Shown: positions 1 to 9,825 of the stretch, piece after piece
Position numbering within the stretch: the first letter of the stretch is position 1
Layout: every line of letters starts with the position of its first letter
Source: an uncultured delta proteobacterium
GTDB taxonomy: Bacteria; Myxococcota_A; Polyangia; Polyangiales; Polyangiaceae
Direction: 5' to 3'
NCBI GenBank assembly: GCA_963841435.1
Contig: CAWJCS010000005.1
Span: 224,001 to 288,000 of the forward strand
Length of the DNA stretch: 64,000 nt
Position numbers and translations under genes: made by a program
The notes under the pieces: generated by a model
What the model was told of the DNA's origin: nothing
Databases searched by the model: none
What the model saw: the letters and a program-made list of their open reading frames with translations, nothing else

Positions 1-768
1 TACGACCTGTCGCTCCTGTTCCCCGAGCGCAGCCTGGAAGATGCGTCGGAGCTCACGGACGAGGCCGCACGCGTGCGGAGCGCGCTCTTCGAGCACGCGC
101 GCAGCAAGATCGGCCTCGAGCTCACCGAGGTCTTCGTCGAGCGCGGCTCGCCCTACGCGGAGATCGTCCGTCGCGCCGAGAACTACGGCGCCGACTTCAT
201 CGTGGTCGGCAGCCACGGGCGCGGCGGCCTTGCCCGGGCCATCCTCGGCAGCGTGGCCGAGCGCGTGTCGCGCCACGCCCACTGCTCGGTGCTCGTGGCG
301 CGCCAGCCGCCCGCCACCGGCACCGTGCTCGTCGCCACCGACCTTTCCGACCCGTCGCTCCCGGCGCTCGAAGCGGGCGCGACCGCCGCAAAACGTCGTG
401 ACGCCCGGCTCGTCGTGGTCTCCGTGCTCGAATGGGCCGGTATCGCGTCCACCGCGGCAGGCGGTCTCATCGGGGGCGTGCCGGTGCTCCCCCCCGTCGA
501 GGTGCGTGAGGAGGTGCGGAGCACGCTGCGCGCCTCGCTCGAGCAAGCGCTCCTGCGCGTCGGCGCCACGGGTGAGGTGCGCGTGCTCGAGGGCTCTGCC
601 GCGACCGAGATCGTGGCCTGCGCCGACGAGCTCGGCGCGGAGCTCGTCATCGTCGGGACACACGGTCGTACGGGCCTCGCACGGCTCGCGCTCGGTAGCG
701 TCGCCGAGCGCGTGATTGCCGGCGCCGGCACGTCCGTGCTCGCCGTTCGTCACGATCCACGTCACTGA
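1..768 (+). CDS. Universal stress protein with tandem USP domains (5' partial)
   Basis: Frame open from base 1. Two copies of the USP motif (VVGSHGRGGLARAILGSVAERV; IVGTHGRTGLARLALGSVAERV) plus VLVATDLS. Confidence 0.93.
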   Translation, partial: YDLSLLFPERSLEDASELTDEAARVRSALFEHARSKIGLELTEVFVERGSPYAEIVRRAENYGADFIVVGSHGRGGLARAILGSVAERVSRHAHCSVLVARQPPATGTVLVATDLSDPSLPALEAGATAAKRRDARLVVVSVLEWAGIASTAAGGLIGGVPVLPPVEVREEVRSTLRASLEQALLRVGATGEVRVLEGSAATEIVACADELGAELVIVGTHGRTGLARLALGSVAERVIAGAGTSVLAVRHDPRH

Positions 769-778
769 TCAGGTCGCC

Positions 779-2677
779 ATGCGCTCGGCGAGATGGACCG
801 CGATCCGCCGCGCCGTCGTCGTCGGTGCGGCGCCGCTCGTCGGCTGCGGCGGTCGAGCGACGCCGGCCCCCACGGCCGCTCCCCCGCCGGCCTCCACGGC
901 CGCTCCCGCGCCCAGTCGCCCGACGGCCGCCGAGGCCGACGCCTTCGTCGCGAGCGTGAACACGGAGCTCCGGAAGCTCGTGGCCGAGGCGGATCGGACC
1001 GCGTGGGTCAAAGCAACCTACATCACGCCCGACACCGAGTACCTCGATGCCAAGCAGCGCGAAAAACTGCTCGAGTTCACGACGCGCACGGTGCGCGAGG
1101 CGCGTCGCTTCGAGGGCCTCGCGCTCGCACCGGACACCGCGCGCGCTCTCTATCTCTTGCGCTACTCCGCGGGCGTCCCCGCGCCGAGCGATCCCGATAA
1201 GCGCGCGCGCCTCGCCGCGATCGGCTCCGAGCTCGAGAGTCTCTACGGCACGGGCAAGTACTGCTCGAAAAGGCTACGTGGCCAGGGCGACGACAAAAAG
1301 AGCGAGTGCCTGAAGCTCGACGAGCTCGAGGAGATCCTCGAAAAGCGGCGTGACCCCGAGCTCTTGCTCGAGGCTTGGCGCGGCTGGCACTCCGTGGCCC
1401 CGCCGATGCGCCCGCTCTACACCGAGATGGTCGCAATCGGCAACGAGGGCGCGCGCGAGCTCGGCTTTGCGGATCTATCGGCCATCTGGCGAGGCGGCTA
1501 CGACATGAGCGCGGAGGCCTTCGAGAAGACGCTCGATCGCCTCTACGAGCAGGTGAAGCCCCTCTACGTGAAGCTTCACTGCTACGTGCGCGCTCGTCTC
1601 GCCAAGCGCTACGGCGAAAAGCTCGTCGACCCAAAAGGGCCGATCCCCGCGCACCTACTCGGCAACATGTGGGCACAGGAGTGGCAGGCGCTCTATCCGG
1701 AGCTCGAGCCTTACCCCGGCCGCGGCAGCGTCGATCTCACGCGCGCGCTCGTGAAGAAAAAATACGACGCCCTTCGCATGGTGAAGACCGGCGAAAAGTT
1801 CTTCGTCTCCCTCGGCATGCAGCCCCTGCCCGAGACGTTCTGGCAGAGAAGCCTGTTCCAAAAGCCCGCCAATCGCGACGTGGAGTGTCACGCCAGCGCG
1901 TGGGACGTGGGTCTTTCGGGTGATCTGCGCATCAAGATGTGCATCCGCGTCGAGGCTGACGACTTCGTGACGATCCATCACGAGCTCGGCCACGACTACT
2001 ACTACCAACAGTACGCCGCCCTCCCGCCGCTCTTTCAGGCCGGCGCCAACGACGGGTTCCACGAGGGCATCGGCGACACCCTCGCGCTCAGCGTGACGCC
2101 CGAGTACCTCGCGCGCATCGGCCTCATCGACCAGGCCCCCAACGACCCGCGCGCCGAGATCGACGAGCTCATGCGCCGCGCCCTCGACGGTGTCGCGTTC
2201 CTGCCGTTCGGCAAGCTCATCGACCAGTGGCGCTTTCGCGTCTTCGACGGTCGCACGCCTCCCTCGGACTACAACGCGAGCTACTGGCGGCTGCGGCGCG
2301 AATACCAGGGCGTCGCGCCGCCCGTCGCGCGCAGCGAAGCCGACTTCGACCCTGGCGCGAAGTACCACGTCGCGTCCAACGTCCCCTACACGCGCTACTT
2401 CATCGCGCGCATCCTGCAGTACCAGTTCCACCGCGCGCTCTGCCGCGCCGCCGGCTACGACGGGCCGCTACACCGCTGCTCGATCTACGGCAGCGCCGAG
2501 GCGGGCAAGAAGCTGATCGCCATGCTGCGACTCGGCGCGCAAAAGCCCTGGCCCGACGCGCTCGCGGCGCTCTCCGGCGAGCGCGAAATGGATGCCACCG
2601 CCATCCTCGACTACTACGCGCCGCTCGCCGCCTGGCTCGACGAACAGAACCGCGGTCAGACCTGCGGCTGGGACTGA
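779..2677 (+). CDS. M2 family metallopeptidase (ACE-like peptidyl-dipeptidase A), probable lipoprotein
   Basis: HHELGH zinc motif, GFHEGIGD third ligand, IPAHLLGNMWAQ, CHASAWD and FDPGAKYHV, all typical of ACE. N-terminal LVGC lipobox. Confidence 0.95.
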   Translation: MRSARWTAIRRAVVVGAAPLVGCGGRATPAPTAAPPPASTAAPAPSRPTAAEADAFVASVNTELRKLVAEADRTAWVKATYITPDTEYLDAKQREKLLEFTTRTVREARRFEGLALAPDTARALYLLRYSAGVPAPSDPDKRARLAAIGSELESLYGTGKYCSKRLRGQGDDKKSECLKLDELEEILEKRRDPELLLEAWRGWHSVAPPMRPLYTEMVAIGNEGARELGFADLSAIWRGGYDMSAEAFEKTLDRLYEQVKPLYVKLHCYVRARLAKRYGEKLVDPKGPIPAHLLGNMWAQEWQALYPELEPYPGRGSVDLTRALVKKKYDALRMVKTGEKFFVSLGMQPLPETFWQRSLFQKPANRDVECHASAWDVGLSGDLRIKMCIRVEADDFVTIHHELGHDYYYQQYAALPPLFQAGANDGFHEGIGDTLALSVTPEYLARIGLIDQAPNDPRAEIDELMRRALDGVAFLPFGKLIDQWRFRVFDGRTPPSDYNASYWRLRREYQGVAPPVARSEADFDPGAKYHVASNVPYTRYFIARILQYQFHRALCRAAGYDGPLHRCSIYGSAEAGKKLIAMLRLGAQKPWPDALAALSGEREMDATAILDYYAPLAAWLDEQNRGQTCGWD

Positions 2678-2815
2678 AGCGCGGCACCGAGCCCGGAGCG
2701 GATGAACCGCGTGTCGCTTCATGGCACAATGCGGCACAGCTCGTGAACGGTGCGGCGGCGAGGCGCGTTGCACGCGGGGCCACGGAGGGGCATGCGACTT
2801 GCTCGGGAGACGGAC

Positions 2816-4721
2816 ATGACGCGGGTGACGGCGAGCCCAGGGTGCGTTTTCGCAGCGGTGCTCCTCTTGGGCTGCGGCTCGAGCCGCGCCACGACGGCGA
2901 GCGATCCGCTGGGAAGCGGCGGTAGCGCCGGCGCGAGTGGAACGGGCGGCGCCGGCTCCGGCGGCACGGCCGCGCACGGTGGCAGCAGTGGAAGCGGCGC
3001 TACGTCCGGCCTGGGCGGCACTGGGGGTTTTCTCGAAGTGGGCGGCACCGGGGGCAGCCAGAGTCCCAACCTGTCGGGCTGCTCCACGGATCGCCACAGC
3101 GTGCTCGGGAGCCAGGGCGAGGTCCTCGAGACCTGCCCGCCCGACGAGGCCTGCGAGGACTCGACGTGCGTGCCTGCTTGTGCGGCGTTCGCGTCGATCG
3201 CGAGCAGCGTCGGCTGCGATTTTCTCGCTGCGACGCCGTCGGTGATGTCGCTCTATCGTCCGGGCTGCTTCGCCGTGTTCGTCGCCAACGCCTGGAATCG
3301 CCCGACGACGGTGCGCATCGAGCGCGACGGCGTGACCTACGATGCCTCCGACATCGGACGCATCGTCGGCTCGGGCAGCGACGCCACGACGTGGGCGCCC
3401 GTGCCGGCCGAGGGCATCGCACCCGACGAGGTCGCCGTGTTGTTCCTCTCGCACGACCCGATGGCGAACAGCGGTGACGGCACCGACACACGCTGTCCCA
3501 TCCCTCCCGCCGTCGCGGACGTGGGCGGCGCGGCCGTGTTCGACAAGGCACTCGACGCGCCGAAGCTGGACCCCGCTCTGCAAACCGGGCGCGGCCACGC
3601 CTTCGGCATCCAGACCGACAGCCCCGTCAGCGTCTACAGCATGGTGCCGTACGGCGGGGCTCGCTCGGTCGATCCCGGTGCGTCGCTCCTTTATCCGACG
3701 GCCGTGTGGGGCAAAAACTACATCGCGGCGCTGCCCCCCGTGATGTACCCGGGCGAGGTCGGCACCGAGCCCTGGGCGCAGATCGTCGCGCTGGAGAACG
3801 ACACGACCGTGGAGCTTCTGCCAAGCTCGGATCTGCCCGGCGGCGGGGGCGTGCCGGCATCGCCGTCCGGCGCCGTCGCAAGCTTCACGCTCGGCGCGGG
3901 GGAGCTCATCCAGTGGCAGCCCACGCTCGACTTCTCGGGCACGGCGCTACTCGCCGATCGGCCTGTCGCGTTCTACGGCGGCCAGAGCTCGTTCCTGCGC
4001 AACAGCAGCCAGCCGGAATGCGAAAACGGCGCGAGCGACAACGCTCACCAGCAGGTGCCCCCGATCTCGGCGCTCGGCAGCGAGTACGTCGGAGCTCCCT
4101 ACCATTCTCGCATCGACATCCCCGAATCGGTGCCTTACCGCCTGGTCGGGCTCGCCGACGGCACGACGCTCACCTACGACCCGCCCCAGCCCGGCGCGCC
4201 AAGCCTGCTCGATGAGGGCATGGTGCGCGACTTCGAAGCCGTCCAAAGCTTCACCATCGACAGCCAGGATCGCGACCACCCCTTTTACGTCGCGCAGATC
4301 ATGCCCGGCTGCGGCATGGGCGACCCCACGGGCGACGAGGAATACGTGAACGTGATCCCGGCTCCGCAGTACCTCGACAAATACGTCTTCTTCACGGACC
4401 CGACGTACGGAACGACGAACCTCGTGCTCGTCCGCAGCAAGGGGCCGTCGGGATTCGCCGACGTGACGATCGACTGCCTGGGCACGGTTTCCGGCTTTCG
4501 TGACGTCGGCACGGCGGGTCGCTACCAGACGGTCAACGTCGATCTGGTGCGCGGCAACGTGCCGGTCGGCTCTTGCGGAAAATGGCCGCCACGTCGCCGA
4601 GAGCGACGTGCCGTTCGGGCTCGTGGTCTGGGGTCTCGACCACTTCGCGTCGTACGCGTACCCTGCGGGCAGCGGCGCCGCACGGCTCAACGAGGTCGTG
4701 GTGATCCCGGTCGTGAAGTGA
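2816..4721 (+). CDS. IgGFc-binding-protein-like lipoprotein with Gly-rich linker (frameshift at about 4578)
   Basis: LLLGC lipobox and Gly-rich linker, then SVGCDF, ASLLYPTAVWGKNY, QQVPPISALGSEY, PQYLDKYVF. The C-terminus NGRHVAESDVPFGLVVWG...SYAYPAG lies in another frame (ORF 4500-4721). Confidence 0.8.
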
Positions 4722-4734
4722 CCGCGGTCACGCC

Positions 4735-5460
4735 TCAGTGTTGATTGATCCGATCGAAGACGGGCTGAAACACCTCCTGCCCGGCCTTGCTCAGCCCCTC
4801 GGTAAAGCCGAAAGTGGCCGTCGTTTTCCCTTCTTCGAGCTGCGCGAAGACACTGTCGATGAAGTCCTTCACGGGCGGGGCGAAGTCGTGAATGCCCTTG
4901 CCGCCGAGATCGGTATTGAGGGCCGGAGGGACGAGCTCGACCACCTCGACGTTCTTGTCCCTAAGGAGGTGCCGGAGCGCGAGCGTGAAGGAGTGGAAAA
5001 ACGCCTTCGTGGGGGAGTAGACGGGCGTCTTCACGAGCGGCACGAAGGCAAGCCCCGAGGTGACGTTGACGACGGTGTCGAGCTTGGGAAGCTTCAAGAA
5101 GAGGTGCGTGAGATGAAGCGGCGCCTCGATGTTGATGGCGATTTCCGCGCGAGCGCGCTGCATGAAATCGTCGTCGGTCACGGCCATCCAACTCTGGATG
5201 CCGGCGTTGTTGACGAGCACGTTGGTGTCCGGGTGCTCGGCGGCGATGAAGCGGTAGAGCCCTTCGCGCCCTTCGTTCGTCGAAAGATCACAGGCGTGAG
5301 TCACGAGCGACGGCACTTTGCTCGACGCCTCTCGCAGCGCATCGGCGCGCCGCCCGCAAATGATCACCTGGTTTTGCTTCTGCGCGAAGCGCTCGGCGAG
5401 GCCGAAGCCGATGCCGGATGCGCCGCCCGTGATGAGGATCTTGTTGCCGCTGGTCTTCAT
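4735..5460 (-). CDS. Short-chain dehydrogenase/reductase (DltE-like)
   Basis: ILITGGASGIG, VLVNNAG and YSPTK (YxxxK). Start taken at MKTSGNK. Confidence 0.92.
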   Translation of the reverse strand: MKTSGNKILITGGASGIGFGLAERFAQKQNQVIICGRRADALREASSKVPSLVTHACDLSTNEGREGLYRFIAAEHPDTNVLVNNAGIQSWMAVTDDDFMQRARAEIAINIEAPLHLTHLFLKLPKLDTVVNVTSGLAFVPLVKTPVYSPTKAFFHSFTLALRHLLRDKNVEVVELVPPALNTDLGGKGIHDFAPPVKDFIDSVFAQLEEGKTTATFGFTEGLSKAGQEVFQPVFDRINQH

Positions 5461-5596
5461 GCTGCCTCGCTCTCGCCGTCCGTGGCTGACGAGACATGGG
5501 GCCGCGCCACGCTGAGCGCAACCCTGCACCCTCAGCGAAGTTTCGCGCGGGCGCGGCGATTCGGTGCTACCGCGTGGAAAGCACGAGGGCGCGAGC

Positions 5597-7085
5597 ATGG
5601 CGAACGCGAAGAAGACGGACCCCGAGCTTCCCATCGTCGCGCCGCTCGATTTCTTTCCCGTCTCGAACGGCGAGTTTTGCCCGCGGCCGCCCGAAGCTCG
5701 CATGGTGAAAGCCGAGCGGCTGTTCTTCGACATCGTCGAGGACAAACATCGCCGCCTCGGCATGACACGGCGCGAGTTCGCCGAGAGCGCGTGCGGCATG
5801 GCGGCGGCCCTGCACGTCCTGAACCTCACGGCGTGTAGCTCCGGCCGCGACGGGTCGGCGTCCGCGCCCACGGGAACCGGCGGCTCCTCGGGTGGTGCCG
5901 GGCTCGGCGGAGGAGCCGGCTACGACATAGATGCGGGCATGATGGAGGACGCCGGGCACGCACGCGAGCGGCTCGACGGCGACGAGTTCGTGATGGACGT
6001 GCAGGTGCACGTGGCCGAGCCGCTCACGCCCTGGGCGGAGGCAACGCCGCCCGAGCTCGCGCTCGACTTCATCACGCAGATCTTCGTGCAGAGCGACACG
6101 GCGGTCGCCTGCGTCACGGGCATCCCCGCCATCCGGGAGCTCGGTCCACCGCACGTCGAGGCGCACGCCATGCTGCAAGCCGTCATCGAGCGCTTCGGTG
6201 GCCCGCGGCTCATCTTCCACGCCAATGCCGATCCGGAGCGCGGCGCCTCCGAGCTCGACTACATGGCGGATCTCAGCGAGCCGCTACACGCTCGGCGCGT
6301 TCAAGACGTTCCCGTTCGCCGGCGAATTCCGCCTCGACAGCGACGAGGTCGGCGCGCCGTTCATCGAGCAGGTGACGGCGCTCGGCGTCGGCACGATCGC
6401 GGCGCACCGCGGTCTCAGCGGCGGCGGCGGTTACGACGTGCCCGGCTCGCCCGTCGATCTCGTGCGCGCCGCCAAGAAATTCCCGGCCGTGAAGTTTCTC
6501 GTCTACCACTCGGGCTGGGAATCGGCCGAAGACGAGAACCATCCGTACGATCCGCAAAATCCGGACCCGCGCGGCGTCGATCGCTTCATCCGCGCGCTCA
6601 TCGAGAACGACATCGGCCCGGGCGGCAACGTCTACGCCGAGCTCGGCTCCACCTTCTACGGCCTGATGACGACCCCCGACGCGGCCGCCCACGTGCTCGG
6701 CAAGCTCATCAAACAGCTCGGCCCCGAGGGCGTGCTCTACGGCACGGACAGCGTGTTCGCGGGCGTTCCGCAGCCGCAAATCGTCGCGCTGCGCACGCTC
6801 GTGATCCCGGAATCGATGCAAGAAGCCCATGGCTACCCGGCGCTCACGAGCGACATGCGCGCGCGCATCCTCGGCCTCAACGGCGCGAGCGTGTACGGCA
6901 TCGACCCGCAAGCCGTGCGCTACGCCATCAGTGACGACGACGTTTCGTCGCTACGCCTCGCCTACCTCGACGACCCGCGCTCGATCCGCGTGCCGCACCG
7001 CCACCAGTACCGCGGCCCGAGCACGCGGCGAGAATTCTTGTCGATGCTCGCGCGCGGCCTCGGGCACGGCCCCGTCGCGGGGTGA
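5597..7085 (+). CDS. Amidohydrolase family protein, possibly Tat-exported (frameshift at about 6278)
   Basis: Metal-ligand motifs DVQVH, AAHRG, YHSG, YGTD and the ending ILGLNGASVYG are split between ORFs 5564-6934 and 6198-7085. Internal MTRREF...LTAC segment. Confidence 0.8.
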
Positions 7086-7119
7086 GTGCCCGAAGCCGCA
7101 GCGCCCGGCGACGCTCGCA

Positions 7120-8055
7120 TCAACCGAGGAACGGCGCGAGCGCGCTCTGGGTGCGCGCCTGCTGCTCGGGCGTGAGCATGCCGAAGAGGATCTCCGCAAA
7201 GCGCGTCTCCTTCACGCCCGAGGTGATGAACTGGAAACGATAGGCCGACAGGAACGCGGCCTCGAGCGCGACCCGCTCCTCGGGGCCGGCAGCGCGCTCC
7301 AATGAGGCGCAAAAATAGGCCGCATCCGCGCCGGCCTGGTCGATCAACAGCCCATCGACGGCAGCGACCAGATCGAGGAAATCGGAGAGTGCGGCGTCGC
7401 GTTCGCTCTCTTCGAGCTTGGCGTCGGCACGCCGCCACTCAATCTCGTCGAGCTGTGTGTGTTGGCTCTCCTCCTTGAAGTGGAAAAAGAGAGCGTCTTT
7501 GAAGACGGGTGAGAGGCGCGGATCCACCTCGATGCTCTTTCGGTAATGAGCCAGGGTGAAAAGCTCGATGTGGCAGGTGAGCGCGAGCACCGCCCAGCTC
7601 GACTTGCCGAGCACGACGCGAGCGACGGCGTCCGCGTCGTGTACCTGGCGGTACCCGGGGGGCATGATCTCGGCCGCCATGCTCTCGAGCCGTTCGAAGA
7701 GCCGCTGGTGCTTCAGCTCCTCGTCGCTGAAGCGCACCATGGCCTCGAGCGCCTGCTGATCACCGAGGGCGTGCCCGAGCCCGACCTCGAGCATCTTGGC
7801 GGCGATGAAGCGCTCGACCAGACCGAACATGGCAGCGTACGTGCGCCCCTGGACCTGGCTGAACAGGCGACGCTCGGCGCCGGAGAAGCCCTCGAGCGCC
7901 GCGACGAGCGTGAGCCCGTCGGGCAAGAGCTTGTCCTCGACGTTGAGCGTGCGCCCTCGCAGCACGTCGGCCTCGAGGTCCCAGCGCACGCGCTTCGACC
8001 GGGCGACGATGTCGGCATAGCTCTTCTTCGGTGTGGATTGGATGGGTGCATTCAT
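7120..8055 (-). CDS. Ferritin-like / diiron domain protein
   Basis: Paired ExxH motifs (EELKH, EESQH) with upstream Glu helices. AAGGAG RBS before MNAPIQ. Confidence 0.75.
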   Translation of the reverse strand: MNAPIQSTPKKSYADIVARSKRVRWDLEADVLRGRTLNVEDKLLPDGLTLVAALEGFSGAERRLFSQVQGRTYAAMFGLVERFIAAKMLEVGLGHALGDQQALEAMVRFSDEELKHQRLFERLESMAAEIMPPGYRQVHDADAVARVVLGKSSWAVLALTCHIELFTLAHYRKSIEVDPRLSPVFKDALFFHFKEESQHTQLDEIEWRRADAKLEESERDAALSDFLDLVAAVDGLLIDQAGADAAYFCASLERAAGPEERVALEAAFLSAYRFQFITSGVKETRFAEILFGMLTPEQQARTQSALAPFLG

Positions 8056-8225
8056 GGTTCGATTTCTCCTTTTTCTCGGAACGAAGGGGTTCGACGCGGC
8101 CGCGCACGATGGCGAAGGGCGCACGGCGGCCGCACGGCGCACGGCGGCCGCTGCGTCGAGGCGGCTCGACGCGAAGAATCAGTCGCGCCGCGACTGCACG
8201 GCTTGGAGGGCCGCGGGCGGAGCGT

Positions 8226-8849
8226 TCAGGAGCGCGCGGTACGTGGTCGGAGCTCCACGAGGTCGTCAGCGCAGCCGCAAGGCTCCGAAGCTCTCTCGCG
8301 CGGCTCGCACTCGCGAGCCCGCCCGCGAGCATCGACCGAGATCTCGCAGCACTCCTCGAACATGCGGCGGAGCCGCTCGCGCCCGCGCTGCACGCGCGAC
8401 TTGAGCCCGGAGAGCGACAGCCCGAGCATCTCGGCGGCGTCCTTCTGCGCGAGACCCTCGAGCTCGGTCAGCGTCACGGCGCTGCGGTACGGCTCCGGCA
8501 GCTGGCCGACGAAGGCCGCCACGCACGACGTGAGCTCCCCGCGGAGCTCCTCGTCGTCCGCCGACGGGTCGTCGCAGGGCGGCTCGAGCTCGCTGGTCAA
8601 GGCCACCAACGGGCGGCGAGCTTTCTTGCGCGCGCTATCGATCACGGCGTTGTGCGCGACGCGGTACACCCAGCCGCCGAATCGCTCGCCATCCTGCAGC
8701 CCGGCGGCGCGCTCGTGCAGCCTCACGAAGATCTCCTGGAGCAGATCGTCGACATCGGCGCTCGACGCAACCCGGCGCGCGAGGTACGGCCGCAGCCGAC
8801 TCTCGATCTCCTTCCAAGCACCACGGGCTTCTGCCGAGATCATCGTCAT
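8226..8849 (-). CDS. sigZ: ECF RNA polymerase sigma factor, SigZ type
   Basis: Region 2 (DDLLQEIF, WVYRVAHNAVID), region 4 (AAEMLGLSLSGLKSRVQRGR) and a C-terminal CC...C...CGC tail. Confidence 0.85.
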   Translation of the reverse strand: MTMISAEARGAWKEIESRLRPYLARRVASSADVDDLLQEIFVRLHERAAGLQDGERFGGWVYRVAHNAVIDSARKKARRPLVALTSELEPPCDDPSADDEELRGELTSCVAAFVGQLPEPYRSAVTLTELEGLAQKDAAEMLGLSLSGLKSRVQRGRERLRRMFEECCEISVDARGRARECEPRERASEPCGCADDLVELRPRTARS

Positions 8850-8853
8850 CTCC

Positions 8854-9678
8854 TCAGGAGCAACACAGGGGAGCGCAGCACGACCCCTCCGTCTTGCCTT
8901 CGACGGCTGCCGAAGGCTTCCGACCTTCGATCACGGCCGAGACCGCGTAACCTTCGGCTCCGGGCATGCACTGTCCGATGATGGCCGCGGTTTCGGGCCG
9001 CGTCACGATCCGCACGTCCTCGAAGCCCGATTCCACGAGATACCCGCGGAGCTCCGCGACCGACGCGGCACCGGCCACGCACCCGGTCAACGCTTCGAGG
9101 CTCGCCGCGAGCGCCTCCGGCATCGCGCCGAGCGCCACCACGTCGGAGATCGCCAGGCGCCCGCCCGGTCGCAGCACGCGGAACGCCTCCCGGAAAACGC
9201 GCCGCTTGTCGGGCGCCAGATTGATCACGCAATTGGAGAGGATCACGTCGACCGACGCGTCGGCCACCGGCAAGTGCTCGATCTCACCCAGACGAAACTC
9301 GACGTGCGGCTCGTTCGCCTTCACGGCGTTGTCGCGCGCCTTCTCCACCATCTCCGGCGTCATATCGACGCCGATCACGCGGCCCCCGGGAGCGACGCGC
9401 CGCGCGGCGAGGAAACAATCGAAGCCCGCGCCCGAGCCGAGATCGAGCACCGTTTCGCCGGCGCGAAGCTCGGCGATCGCTTGGGGATTGCCGCACCCGA
9501 GGCCGAGGTCCGCGCCTTCTGGAGCGCTCGCGATCTCCTCGGGTGAGTAGCCGACCGCCATGCTGCCGACGCCCTCGGTGCCGCAGCAGCCCACACCACA
9601 ACCCGAAGCGCCCCGAGCGACCTTGGCGTACGCCGTGCGAACCTTCCCGCGAACTTCGTCCTCGTTTCTCTTTTCCAT
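8854..9678 (-). CDS. arsM: Arsenite S-adenosylmethionine methyltransferase
   Basis: LGLGCGNP, VLDLGSGAGFD, GVDMTPEM, ILSNCVINL, GCVAGA. Cys pairs at both termini. Confidence 0.93.
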   Translation of the reverse strand: MEKRNEDEVRGKVRTAYAKVARGASGCGVGCCGTEGVGSMAVGYSPEEIASAPEGADLGLGCGNPQAIAELRAGETVLDLGSGAGFDCFLAARRVAPGGRVIGVDMTPEMVEKARDNAVKANEPHVEFRLGEIEHLPVADASVDVILSNCVINLAPDKRRVFREAFRVLRPGGRLAISDVVALGAMPEALAASLEALTGCVAGAASVAELRGYLVESGFEDVRIVTRPETAAIIGQCMPGAEGYAVSAVIEGRKPSAAVEGKTEGSCCAPLCCS

Positions 9679-9696
9679 GGTGTCTCCAACCATGAG

Positions 9697-9722
9697 GACG
9701 TTGACCCCCGGAAAAGGACGCA
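9697..9722 (-). promoter_or_regulatory. Candidate ECF-type promoter upstream of arsM
   Basis: Minus strand TGCGTC-N16-CGTC, 18 nt before the arsM ATG. CGTC is a common ECF -10 element. Confidence 0.35.
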
Positions 9723-9825
9723 GAGTTTCTTCAGCAAACCTGCAGCAAGAGCGGAAGACGCCTGAACACGGCGGGTCGAGGCACTATTCGCACGGTCCCG
9801 TCACCCCTTTTGCAAGGACGCTCGT

